A stretch of 64,000 bases of DNA, taken from Deltaproteobacteria bacterium (GTDB lineage: Bacteria; Myxococcota; Kuafuiibacteriia; Kuafuiibacteriales; Kuafuiibacteriaceae). Position numbers and translations under genes: made by a program. The stretch is from contig JAVJQW010000008.1 of NCBI GenBank assembly GCA_040218735.1, positions 160,001 through 224,000 of the forward strand, read 5' to 3'. The first letter of the stretch is position 1; each line of letters opens with the position of its first letter. The notes under the pieces are model-generated. The model worked only from the letters and a program-made list of their open reading frames with translations. It was not told the DNA's origin and searched no databases. Below are positions 1 to 11,147 of the stretch, in pieces.

Positions 1-1095
1 CGCACCGATCTGCAGCAGCAACATGCCGCCGAACTGCCGGAGCTGAATCCTGAAGTGGTTCTTTCGCGAATCGAGCCAGTGCGCGAGGAGATCGTCGGCT
101 CGGGCTTCCGCGTGACGGAGGCCCGTCGCCGATCCGAATGCGTGCGGCGCCGACGCCAACTCTTGCAGCCACGCGGCGACCTTGTACTTGTCCTTCGACT
201 CCTGCACCGCGGTCGTCACGGCGCGTCGTCCGAGCGGGAACACGACGACCGCAATGCCGACGATGAGCGCGAGGTCGAACGCCAGGAGGAACGGGTGATA
301 GAAGGCGAGGAGGAGGAGCCCGACGCCGATCTGGAGGACGGCGGTGACGCCGTCGAGGAGCACGGTCGTCGCGCTCTTCTCCGCGATGGCCGCGTCGAAG
401 AAACGCGTCACCTTCTCGCGTAGCTCCTTGGAGGACATCCGGTTGCGGTCGACGAGCGGTACGCGGTGCGCGAAGTCCGTCGCGGCGCGTACGAAGATTC
501 GCCGGGCGATCAGCTCGACCGCGATCGCCTCCAGCACGCGCAGCACGCCGGAGAACGCGAGGACCGCGAGCAGGATCAGCGCGACGACGATCAGGGGTTG
601 AAGGAGCGTCCCGAACGCGACGATGTCGAACATCGTCTGGACTGCGATCGGCGTGGCGAGCGTCATCAGCCCGATCGCGGCGGCGTAGACGAAGACGGTC
701 CACAGCTCCGCCCGCTCCATCGCCACGAACGCGCCGACGCGACGCCATGGCGTCCGACCGGCGAGCGCCTGGAGTGGGCGCCTCGGCACCACAAAACCTG
801 CGGGCAGCGCGCTGGCGTCGGGGCGGCCCGCTTTGGCAGCGAGCTCCGCAAACGGGATGTGGTCTCCCCGCTCGACGAGGACGATGTTGTCACCGAAGAC
901 GACGATCGGCGCGCGTCCGTCGGACGGTCCGTATTGCGTAGGTACGAGATCGTAGCCCAATGCGAACAGCGCCCGACGCGCCACCTCTTCCTGGTGTTCG
1001 CAGTCCGCTCGGGCTTCACGAAGAGATCGCCGCGCGGCCTTTCCGCCGACGGCGGCACCGAGGTGCAGCACGGTTGCTTCCAAGCCGATGCGCAT
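1..1095 (-). CDS. ABC transporter permease/ATP-binding protein (type I secretion/peptidase-ABC-like), partial; runs off the window start
   Basis: Not in the ORF track (no stop inside window). Manual reverse-strand translation from ATG at 1095: MRIGLEATVLHL... then transmembrane segments ELWTVFVYAAAIGLMTLATPIAVQTMFD...LQPLIVVALILL and IGVGLLLLAFYHPFLLAF, typical of an ABC membrane domain. The + strand ORFs 55-423 and 466-1125 are its in-frame shadows. Confidence 0.8.
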   Translation of the reverse strand, partial: MRIGLEATVLHLGAAVGGKAARRSLREARADCEHQEEVARRALFALGYDLVPTQYGPSDGRAPIVVFGDNIVLVERGDHIPFAELAAKAGRPDASALPAGFVVPRRPLQALAGRTPWRRVGAFVAMERAELWTVFVYAAAIGLMTLATPIAVQTMFDIVAFGTLLQPLIVVALILLAVLAFSGVLRVLEAIAVELIARRIFVRAATDFAHRVPLVDRNRMSSKELREKVTRFFDAAIAEKSATTVLLDGVTAVLQIGVGLLLLAFYHPFLLAFDLALIVGIAVVVFPLGRRAVTTAVQESKDKYKVAAWLQELASAPHAFGSATGLRHAEARADDLLAHWLDSRKNHFRIQLRQFGGMLLLQIGA

Positions 1096-1163
1096 CGGTG
1101 CGCAGACTGGACACCGAATACATGAAAGTCAAGTCGTGTATTTCGTGTCGCGAAACCGCGGTC

Positions 1164-2141
1164 CTAGTCCCCTCCGCGTCGCTGGTTACGCCAGCGTTTC
1201 GCCTCGCGGATCATTCGTCCCATCTTCTTACCCTCACGTCGCGACGCCGCAGCGTCTTGGCGCAGGGCTTCGGCGGCCTGCTCCTTCAGCAACTGTCGGT
1301 AGTGACCGACACGTTCCGTGTCGAGTGTGCCGTCCTCGACGGCCTCGCGGACGGCGCAGCCTGGTTCCTCCGCATGCGTGCAGTCTCCGAAGCGACAGCG
1401 TTCGGCGACGGCGTCGACGTCGTCGAACGTCAGGCGAATGCCTTCCTCGCCGCCCGCGAGCCCGATTTCCCGGAGGCCAGGCGTGTCGATGACGGCGTAG
1501 CGCTCCAGCACGGAGAGCGTTCGACGCGTGGTCGTGTGCCGGCCTTTGTCGTCCCCCGATCGCACGTCGGAGGTTTGGGCGATGTCGTTGCCGGCGAGGC
1601 GGTTGAGCAGGGTGCTCTTGCCGACGCCCGACGGTCCGAGCAGCGCGATCGTCGCGCCTTCGGGGATCGTCGCCGTGAGGGCGTCGATGTCCTCGTCCTC
1701 GATCGCGCTGAGCGCGACGACCGAGACCCCGAGGAAGGCCTCCTCCGCCGCCTCGACATCGGCGGCGAGGTCGACGGATCGGTCTGCTTTGCTCAGCACG
1801 ATCACTGGCGTCGCGCCGCCGTCCCAAACGAGGGTGAGGTAGCGCTCGATGCGGCGTTCGTTGATCGGTGTGCCGAGCGCTTCGACGATGAAGACCACGT
1901 CGACGTTTGCGGCGAGGGCCTGGACCTCGGAGCGCCGTCCTGGTCGACGCCGGGCGATGACGGTGCGACGCTCGAGGACATCGGTGATGCGGTCTTCTTC
2001 GACGACGACCCAGTCGCCGGTCACGACGTCGTGGCCGCTGCAGTGAACGGCGCCGTCACGCCCGAGGACCTCGGCGAGCGCACCGTGGCGGGTGACGACG
2101 CGGACCGCGCCGTCGGGGGGAGAGAGCTGTATCGATGACAC
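1164..2141 (-). CDS. rsgA: Ribosome small subunit-dependent GTPase A
   Basis: Circularly permuted GTPase motifs SKAD, GPSGVGKSTL, GRHTTT, DTPG and C-terminal zinc finger CRFGDCTHAEEPGC; start moved to GTG 2141 just past the upstream gene's stop. Confidence 0.93.
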   Translation of the reverse strand: MSSIQLSPPDGAVRVVTRHGALAEVLGRDGAVHCSGHDVVTGDWVVVEEDRITDVLERRTVIARRRPGRRSEVQALAANVDVVFIVEALGTPINERRIERYLTLVWDGGATPVIVLSKADRSVDLAADVEAAEEAFLGVSVVALSAIEDEDIDALTATIPEGATIALLGPSGVGKSTLLNRLAGNDIAQTSDVRSGDDKGRHTTTRRTLSVLERYAVIDTPGLREIGLAGGEEGIRLTFDDVDAVAERCRFGDCTHAEEPGCAVREAVEDGTLDTERVGHYRQLLKEQAAEALRQDAAASRREGKKMGRMIREAKRWRNQRRGGD

Positions 2142-2143
2142 GG

Positions 2144-4153
<2,010 letters not shown>

Positions 4154-4202
4154 GGCTCTGTCAGATTAGCAGGGTTCCTTTCCTGAAGCGCGTCGTCGCG
4201 GC

Positions 4203-6116
4203 ATGCTCCGGCGCACGATGACGAGCGCGGACTCCGATTACGCCGCAGTGTATACGGCTGCCTCCGATGACCCCGAGAAGTTCTGGCGCGCGGCGGCCGA
4301 ACGAATTCACTGGGAGCATCCGCCGGAACACGTCCTCGACGCGAATCACGCACCGCTCTATCGCTGGTTCGCAGGCGGCAAACTCAACACGGCGTACAAC
4401 GCGCTCGACCGTCACGTAGAGGAAGGTCGTGGTGATCAACTCGCGCTGATCTGGGACAGCCCGCTCGCGAGCGCAAAGCTTGCGCTCACCTACGCCGAGC
4501 TCCGCGACCGCGTTGCCCAGTTCGCCGGCGCGCTCGCCGCACAAGGCGTCGAGAAGGGCGACCGCGTCCTCATCTACATGCCGATGGTTCCTGAAACCGC
4601 CGTGGCGATGCTCGCATGTGCGCGCCTGGGCGCAGTGCACTCCGTGGTCTTCGGTGGGTTCGCTTCCGCCGAGCTCGCCAAGCGCATCGACGACGCTGCG
4701 CCGAAGCTCGTCGTCTCCGCGTCCTGCGGAATCGAACCCACCCGCGTCGTCGAATACAAGCCGCTGCTCGACGCCGCGATCGACATGAGTCGTCATCGCC
4801 CCGCGCGGTGCATCATCCTTCAGCGTCCTCAGGCCACCGCCGCCCTCGTCGAGGGCCGTGACCTGACCTGGGACGCCGCGCTCGAAGGCGTCGAGCCGCA
4901 CGACTGCGTGATGGTCGACGCCACGGATCCGCTCTATGTGCTCTACACCTCCGGGACGACCGGTGAGCCGAAGGGGGTCGTTCGCGACAATGGCGGGCAC
5001 GCCGTCGCGTTGTCCTGGTCGCTCGAACACGTCTACGGCGTGCGGCCGGGTGACGTGTTCTGGTCTGCGTCCGACGTCGGCTGGGTCGTCGGCCACTCGT
5101 ACATCGTCTACGCGCCGCTGATCCTCGGCGCGACGACCATCATGTACGAAGGCAAGCCCGTCGGGACGCCGGACCCGGGTGCGTTCTGGCGGGTGATCGA
5201 GGAGTACGGCGTTCGAGTGTTCTTCACCGCGCCGACCGCGTTCCGTGCGATTCGCCAGCAGGACCCGAACGGCGAGCACATCGGCCGCTACGATCTCTCC
5301 AAGTTCGAGGCGCTGTTCCTCGCCGGCGAGCGCTGCGATCCCGACACGCTGAACTGGGCGCGCGAGAGCCTCGGCGTCGACGTGATCGATCACTGGTGGC
5401 AGACCGAGACGGGGTGGCCGATGGTCGCGAATTGTCTCGGCATCGAGAAGCTCCCCGTGAAGCCCGGTTCCTCCACGCGGCCCGTACCGGGGTGGCGCGT
5501 CGAGGTGCTCGACGATCTCGGTCGGCCGGTCGAGGCCAACGTCGTCGGTAACATCGTCGTTCGGCTACCGCTCCCGCCCGGTGCGCTACCCACCCTGTGG
5601 AACGCCGACCAACGATTCATCGATGCGTACCTGTCGCGCTTCGACGGCTACTACCAGACGGCGGACGCCGGGTACCTCGACGAGGATGGGTACCTGTTCA
5701 TCATGTCGAGGACCGACGACGTCATCAACGTCGCGGGGCACCGGCTCTCCACCGGCGCGATCGAAGAGGTCCTCGCCGAGGTGCCCGACGTCGCGGAGTG
5801 CGCGGTGGTCGGTGCGACCGACGAGCTCAAGGGCCAGCGCCCGCTCGCGTTGCTCGTGCTCGACGCGAAGGCGACGCGCAGCGAAGAAGAGATCGAAGCG
5901 GAGTGCAAACAGCGCGTCCGCGATCGCATCGGGCCGATCGCTTCGTTGTCGCACGTGCTGGTCGTGAAGCGTCTACCGAAGACCCGCAGCGGAAAGATCC
6001 TCCGCCGCACGATGCGCGCGATCGCGGACGAGCAGCCCTATGATCTCCCCGCGACGATCGACGACCCCGCCATCCTCGACGAGATCAGCTCGGCGCTCGA
6101 TCGCACGCGCTCGTGA
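4203..6116 (+). CDS. prpE: Propionyl-CoA/acetyl-CoA synthetase family AMP-dependent ligase
   Basis: YTSGTTGEPKG AMP-binding motif, HSVVFGGFAS, DHWWQTETGW, LPKTRSGKILR; DHWWQTETGW and GHAVAL are PrpE-like. True start may be ATG 4218. Confidence 0.85.
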   Translation: MLRRTMTSADSDYAAVYTAASDDPEKFWRAAAERIHWEHPPEHVLDANHAPLYRWFAGGKLNTAYNALDRHVEEGRGDQLALIWDSPLASAKLALTYAELRDRVAQFAGALAAQGVEKGDRVLIYMPMVPETAVAMLACARLGAVHSVVFGGFASAELAKRIDDAAPKLVVSASCGIEPTRVVEYKPLLDAAIDMSRHRPARCIILQRPQATAALVEGRDLTWDAALEGVEPHDCVMVDATDPLYVLYTSGTTGEPKGVVRDNGGHAVALSWSLEHVYGVRPGDVFWSASDVGWVVGHSYIVYAPLILGATTIMYEGKPVGTPDPGAFWRVIEEYGVRVFFTAPTAFRAIRQQDPNGEHIGRYDLSKFEALFLAGERCDPDTLNWARESLGVDVIDHWWQTETGWPMVANCLGIEKLPVKPGSSTRPVPGWRVEVLDDLGRPVEANVVGNIVVRLPLPPGALPTLWNADQRFIDAYLSRFDGYYQTADAGYLDEDGYLFIMSRTDDVINVAGHRLSTGAIEEVLAEVPDVAECAVVGATDELKGQRPLALLVLDAKATRSEEEIEAECKQRVRDRIGPIASLSHVLVVKRLPKTRSGKILRRTMRAIADEQPYDLPATIDDPAILDEISSALDRTRS

Positions 6117-6498
6117 AGCTCCGCCTCGGCGGGAGGTTGTACATGCGGTGGAGCGTCGAGTGGTTGCGCAGACCGATCGCTTCGCGCGTGATCTTCAGAT
6201 CGAGCAACGCGCGCGCCGCGGCTTCGTACGCGTCGAGGTACGCCGCGCGCCGCGTCTCGTAGTTCGCCTCGGTCGATTCGTCGAGCGCGAGCGTCGAGGC
6301 TTCGAGCGCCAGCATCGCGTAGTCGACTTTCACGCCGGCGCGACCGAGCGACGCGGCCGTCTCGCGGCGGATCTCGATCTCGAGGGACTCTTGGCGCTCC
6401 TCGATCGAGAGGTGCGCTTCGAGGCGGTCGAGGTACGGGCTGGAGTGGCCGCGCGCCTTCATCGTCGACGCGAGCTCGCGGTAGCGGTTGGGCGCCAT
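6085..6498 (-). CDS. Hypothetical alpha-helical protein
   Basis: Protein-like composition (coiled, EIRRETAASLGR...REAIGLRNH); start taken at MAPNRY rather than the track start to avoid overlap with the divergent gene. Confidence 0.65.
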   Translation of the reverse strand: MAPNRYRELASTMKARGHSSPYLDRLEAHLSIEERQESLEIEIRRETAASLGRAGVKVDYAMLALEASTLALDESTEANYETRRAAYLDAYEAAARALLDLKITREAIGLRNHSTLHRMYNLPPRRSFTSACDRAPS

Positions 6499-6517
6499 CG
6501 TCGTTAGATTGTAGAGC

Positions 6518-6991
6518 ATGGCCGAACCTTCGCTGCGACTGATCGAAGCGCTCCGGCAGACGGCGGATCGCCTCGACGGTGGAGCCCCCTATCGCTGGAC
6601 GCACATGGGGTCCTGCAACTGCGGACACCTCGTACAGACGGTGACGAACAAGACCGCCGCCGAGATCCACGCCCGGGCGTTGGAGAAGGCGGGGGACTGG
6701 TCGGCGCAAGCGATCGATCACTGCCCGACGAGCGGTCTCACGATCGATCACATCATCGACGCGCTGCTCGGCCTCGGGCTCGGCCGGTCGGACATCGTCG
6801 AGCTCGAACGACTCGGCTCGCGCCGCGTCCGCCAGCGGCTGGACGGCGAGGTCTCGCACAAACGTCGGTCGGACGTCGTGCGGTACATGCGCGCCTGGGC
6901 CGTCCTTCTCGAAGAGGAGCTCGCCGAGCAGATCGCGGCGGTCGGGCAGGGCGGTACGGTGCGCAAGGCGCCGGTCCTCAGCCGAACGTGA
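6518..6991 (+). CDS. Conserved hypothetical protein with HMGSCNCGHL Cys/His motif
   Basis: 157-aa ORF, overlaps next gene by GTGA; motifs YRWTHMGSCNCGHL and HCPTSG. Confidence 0.75.
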   Translation: MAEPSLRLIEALRQTADRLDGGAPYRWTHMGSCNCGHLVQTVTNKTAAEIHARALEKAGDWSAQAIDHCPTSGLTIDHIIDALLGLGLGRSDIVELERLGSRRVRQRLDGEVSHKRRSDVVRYMRAWAVLLEEELAEQIAAVGQGGTVRKAPVLSRT

Positions 6992-7857
6992 CGAAGAACG
7001 CCGGGGGCCTCCGCGTCCTCATCGCGTACGTCGCTGCGATCGTCGCCGCCGTCGTCGCGGGCTGGCTCGCGCGCGCGATGCACCCGTGGTGGATCGTCGC
7101 CATCGCCGACGTCGCCGGGACCGCGGTGATCTTCGGCTTCAGCCGCGCCTACGACAACTCGAGCTTCTACGACGCGTACTGGAGCGTCGCGCCGCCGCTG
7201 ATCGGTGCGTACTTCGTTTGGGAGGCCGGCGCTTCGCCGCGGCTGCTGCTCGCACTCGTGCTGGTCACCGCGTGGGCGGTTCGGCTGACGTTCAACTGGT
7301 GGCGTCGCTGGGATGGGCTCACCCATGAGGACTGGCGCTACGTGGATCTTCGCGACCAGACGGGGCGCATGTACTGGGCCGTGAGTTGGCTCGGGCTGCA
7401 CCTGTTCCCGACCGTCCTCGTCTACCTCGGCTGCCTCCCGCTGTGGGCGGCCGCGGAGTCCGAGGTCGTGCTCGGCGTGGTCGACGCGGTCGCGGTGGTG
7501 GTGATGGGGGGCGCGATCACGATCGAGGCAATCGCGGATCGGCAGCTCTTTGCGCACGTCGCCGAGGGCGGTGGCGGTGTCCTCGATCGCGGCCTGTGGC
7601 GCTGGAGCCGACACCCGAACTACTTCGGCGAGCTCGCGCTCTGGTGGGGCGTCGCGTTGTTCGGCGTGGCGTCCGGCTCGCGTGAATGGTTCGTGTTCGC
7701 GGGCGCGGTCGCGATGACGGGCCTGTTCGTGTTCATCAGCATCCCGATGGTGGAGCGGCGATCGCTCGCGCGGCGTGGTGATGCCTTCCGCGCGTACTCC
7801 GCGCGGACGTCGATGTTGATCCCCTGGCCCCCCAAAGAACGCGACCGCGAGGCGTGA
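6988..7857 (+). CDS. DUF1295 family membrane protein (steroid 5-alpha-reductase-like)
   Basis: Multiple TM helices; NSSFYDAYWS, EDWRY, IEAIADRQL, GLWRWSRHPNYFGE motifs. Confidence 0.88.
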   Translation: MTKNAGGLRVLIAYVAAIVAAVVAGWLARAMHPWWIVAIADVAGTAVIFGFSRAYDNSSFYDAYWSVAPPLIGAYFVWEAGASPRLLLALVLVTAWAVRLTFNWWRRWDGLTHEDWRYVDLRDQTGRMYWAVSWLGLHLFPTVLVYLGCLPLWAAAESEVVLGVVDAVAVVVMGGAITIEAIADRQLFAHVAEGGGGVLDRGLWRWSRHPNYFGELALWWGVALFGVASGSREWFVFAGAVAMTGLFVFISIPMVERRSLARRGDAFRAYSARTSMLIPWPPKERDREA

Positions 7858-7956
7858 ACGACTCCGTTCGGGGCGCGCGGCGACGCGGCGTGCGCCTCGA
7901 GTCTCGCGGCGGGGGTACGTCTGCCCGAGCTGTCAGCGGTCGAACCCTCACTCGGC

Positions 7957-8003
7957 TTGACAGGCTCGTTGGGCTTAGTTAGTTTGTTGCCCGAACAAAC
8001 AAA
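7957..8003 (+). promoter_or_regulatory. sigma70-type promoter (TTGACA-17-TAGTTT) overlapped by a 25-bp ROK/XylR-type operator
   Basis: TTGACA at 7957-7962, TAGTTT at 7980-7985; imperfect palindrome TTAGTTTGTT-GCCCG-AACAAACAAA at 7979-8003, AT-rich island in GC-rich DNA; similar site at 20762-20786. Confidence 0.8.
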
Positions 8004-8039
8004 TGCTTCCTCCGCGGGAGCACGGATAGGGTTAATTCT

Positions 8040-9755
8040 ATGACACGGTCTCACCTGATGCGCTTCGCTCTCAGTTCCCTCCTCGCTGGCGCGGTCGCTT
8101 GCAGCGGCGGCGAAGACGACGACGACACCACGAACCCGCCCCGGGACGGCGGCGTCACCAACACCGAACGGGACGGCGGCGAGCCTCCCCGCGACGGCGG
8201 CGAGCCGGAGCGCGACGCGGGCATGGAAGACCCGATCCTCGTCTCCATCACCGTGGAGCCCGACACCGCCACGCTCGACATCGGCGCGACGCAAGGCCTC
8301 ACCGTCACCGGCACCTACGACGACAGCACGTCGGCCATCCTCACCGACGGTGTGACCTACCGGTCCTCCGACGACCTCGTCGCGACGGTCTCCGCGATGG
8401 GTTTGATCACTGCGGTCGACGTCGGCTCCGCCACCATCACCGTTTCGATCGACGCGTTCGAGGCGACCGTGGCCGTGACCGTCAACGCGATGCCCCCGGA
8501 TGACGTCTTCGTCGTGTTCGACGATGACTTCGGCGCTGACATCACGTTCGCGGATTTCGGCGGCTCCAACAACATGTACGAGGTCGACAACGGCATGGCG
8601 ATGGCGGGGACGTCATCGCTGCGCGTCGAGGTGCCCGCAAAGGGTTACACGGGCGGTGCCTTCGCGATCGCCGCGCCGCAGGATCTCACGATGTTCAACG
8701 CGCTGACCTTCTGGGCGCGTTCGAGCTCCGACCTCCCGCTCAACGTCACGGGCATCGCCAACGACGGCAACACCAACGTCTACCAGGCGGAGCTGAACGC
8801 CGTGCCGCTCACCGCCACGTGGACTCAGTTCGTGATTCCGATCCCGGACTCCTCGCGTCTGAGCGCGGTCAACGGACTCTTCCACTTCGCGGAGGGTTCC
8901 GAGGACGGTGCGTACACCATCTGGTTCGACCAGATTCAGTACGAAGTCATCGAGGCGTCGCGGCTCGGGACGCCGATGCCGGCCATCGCCACCGAGACGA
9001 TCATGCGTGACGTGGGTGCGACCTTCAACATCAACGGGACCTCGGTGACGACGCCGGTCGACGGCAATAACGTCACGATCTCGGCGCGGCCCCCCTACTT
9101 CACGTTCGCCTCTTCCATGCCTTCGGTCGCCACCGTCGACGCGATGGGGGTGGGTACGACGCTCGCGGAGGGCTCGACCGACATCACCGGCACACTCGCG
9201 GGCGTCGCCGCGGCCGGCACGCTCACCGTCAACGTGGCCGCACCGACGGTACCCACCGTCGCCGCGCCGACGCCGACGGTCCCCGCTGGCAACGTGATTT
9301 CGCTGTACAGCAACGCGTACACCAACTCGACGATCGACACGTGGTCCGCCGTCTGGGACAGCGCTGACGTCGCGGACGTGCAGGTCGCCGGCGACGACAA
9401 CAAGCTGTACACGAACCTCGTGTTCGCGGGCATCGAGTTCGTCGGTGGAAACTCGATCGACGCTTCGGCGATGACGCACTTCCACATGGACATCTGGACG
9501 GCGGACTCGACGGTGTTCCGCGTGAAGCTCGTCGACTTCGGCGCGGACAACGCCTTTGGCGGTGGTGACGACACGGAGCACGAGCTCACGTTCGACGGTG
9601 CCTCCACGCCGCCGCTCGCGACCGGTCAGTGGATGCAGCTCGAGCTTCCCATGACGGACTTCGTGAACCTCGCGAACGCCGCGAACATCTCGCAGATCGT
9701 CATCGTGGGTTCGACGAGCACCGTCTACGTCGACAACGTGTACTTCCATAACTGA
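8040..9755 (+). CDS. Lipoprotein with Ig-like (Big_2) domains and two carbohydrate-binding-like beta-sandwich domains
   Basis: Signal + lipobox AVAC; RDGG linker repeats; Big_2 (LVSITVEP...TYRSSDDLVATVSAMGLITAV; FASSMPSVATVD); CBM-like segments DLTMFNALTFWAR...WTQFVIPI...IWFDQIQY and NVISLYSNAY...DASAMTHFHMDIW...VYVDNVYF. Confidence 0.78.
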   Translation: MTRSHLMRFALSSLLAGAVACSGGEDDDDTTNPPRDGGVTNTERDGGEPPRDGGEPERDAGMEDPILVSITVEPDTATLDIGATQGLTVTGTYDDSTSAILTDGVTYRSSDDLVATVSAMGLITAVDVGSATITVSIDAFEATVAVTVNAMPPDDVFVVFDDDFGADITFADFGGSNNMYEVDNGMAMAGTSSLRVEVPAKGYTGGAFAIAAPQDLTMFNALTFWARSSSDLPLNVTGIANDGNTNVYQAELNAVPLTATWTQFVIPIPDSSRLSAVNGLFHFAEGSEDGAYTIWFDQIQYEVIEASRLGTPMPAIATETIMRDVGATFNINGTSVTTPVDGNNVTISARPPYFTFASSMPSVATVDAMGVGTTLAEGSTDITGTLAGVAAAGTLTVNVAAPTVPTVAAPTPTVPAGNVISLYSNAYTNSTIDTWSAVWDSADVADVQVAGDDNKLYTNLVFAGIEFVGGNSIDASAMTHFHMDIWTADSTVFRVKLVDFGADNAFGGGDDTEHELTFDGASTPPLATGQWMQLELPMTDFVNLANAANISQIVIVGSTSTVYVDNVYFHN

Positions 9756-9764
9756 GTCACCGCT

Positions 9765-11147
9765 GTGAAAGAGCTACGCTTCCCCGAATCGTTCGTGTGG
9801 GGCGTAGCCACGTCGGCGTTCCAGATCGAGGGCGCGACCGAGAAAGACGGTCGCGCCCCGTCGATCTGGGACACCTTCGCGGCTCGCCCGGGTCAGATCG
9901 CCGACGGGAGCGATGGCAAGGTGGCTTGCGACCACTACCATCGCTACCCCGAGGACGTCGGACTCATGAAGTCACTGGGCGTCGCCGCGTATCGGTTCAG
10001 CGTCGCGTGGCCGCGCATCCTCCCCAAGGGGCGCGGTCACGTGAACGCGGCCGGCCTCGACTTCTATGACCGCCTCGTCGACGAGCTCCTACGGGCCGGC
10101 ATCGACCCGTGGGTGACGCTCTATCACTGGGACCTCCCGCAGGCCCTCGAGGATCACGGCGGGTGGACGGAGCGCACCAGCGCGCACGCCTTCGTCGAGT
10201 ACGCGGACGTGGTCTCACGGCGCCTCGGCGACCGCGTGCAGCACTGGATCACGCACAACGAGCCGTGGTGCTCGAGTGTCCTCGGCTACGCGCAGGGGGA
10301 GCACGCGCCCGGCAAGCGCTCTTGGGCCGACGCGCTCGCCGCGTCGCATCATCTCTTGCTCGGGCACGGGTGGTCGGTCCCCGTGATTCGGTCCAACGCG
10401 CGGGGTGCGGAGGTCGGGATCACGCTGAACCTGACACACGTGGATCCCGCGAGTCCGAGTGAGCACGACGCGCACTTCGCGCGGGTCATCGACGGTGAGA
10501 TCAACCGGTGGTACCTCGACCCGCTGTTTCGGGGAGAATATCCCGCCGACATCATCGAGCATCACCGACGCGAGGGGCACATCTCGACGGACGAGCTGGA
10601 GTTCGTCGAGCTCGGCGACCTCAGCGTGATGCGTGCGCCCGTCGATTTCCTCGGCATCAACTACTACACCCGCGCGATCGCGCGGAGCCCGTGGGTCGAT
10701 GAAAGTGACAACCTCCCGCGGACCATCGAAGAGCCGTCGGACGACGTGCGATCCGACATGGGTTGGGAGCAGTGGCCCGACGGCCTTCAGAACCTCCTTC
10801 TTCGCGTGAACGACGAGTACACCCCGCCGAAGATCTACATCACCGAAAATGGCGCGGCGTTCTCGACCGGACCCGACGCCACGGGTCGCGTCCCCGACAC
10901 GCGCCGCCAGAGCTACGTCGAGGAACATCTGAGGGCTTGCCTCACCGCCATCGAAGCGGGCGTGCCGCTCGAGGGCTACTTCCTGTGGTCCCTCCTCGAC
11001 AACTTCGAGTGGGCCTATGGCTACGAGAAACGCTTTGGCATCGTATGGGTCGACTTCGAAACCCAGGAGCGCATCGTGAAGGACACCGGACACTGGTACG
11101 CGGACGTCATCCGCCGCAACGGTCTGACCGCGGAGCACGCAGCGTGA
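9765..11147 (+). CDS. bglA: GH1 beta-glucosidase (cytoplasmic)
   Basis: FPESFVWGVATSAFQIEG, TLYHWDLP, acid/base HNEP, nucleophile YITENG, DNFEWAYGYEKRFG. Confidence 0.96.
   Translation: MKELRFPESFVWGVATSAFQIEGATEKDGRAPSIWDTFAARPGQIADGSDGKVACDHYHRYPEDVGLMKSLGVAAYRFSVAWPRILPKGRGHVNAAGLDFYDRLVDELLRAGIDPWVTLYHWDLPQALEDHGGWTERTSAHAFVEYADVVSRRLGDRVQHWITHNEPWCSSVLGYAQGEHAPGKRSWADALAASHHLLLGHGWSVPVIRSNARGAEVGITLNLTHVDPASPSEHDAHFARVIDGEINRWYLDPLFRGEYPADIIEHHRREGHISTDELEFVELGDLSVMRAPVDFLGINYYTRAIARSPWVDESDNLPRTIEEPSDDVRSDMGWEQWPDGLQNLLLRVNDEYTPPKIYITENGAAFSTGPDATGRVPDTRRQSYVEEHLRACLTAIEAGVPLEGYFLWSLLDNFEWAYGYEKRFGIVWVDFETQERIVKDTGHWYADVIRRNGLTAEHAA

Noticed and set aside
10763-11143. Track's N-terminal extension of the GH-barrel ORF
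   Set aside because: Overlaps the GH1 gene; the signal peptide begins at GTG 11144. Similar over-extended starts were trimmed for rsgA, GH149, sterol reductase, DUF1552, pqiB and the HEAT protein.
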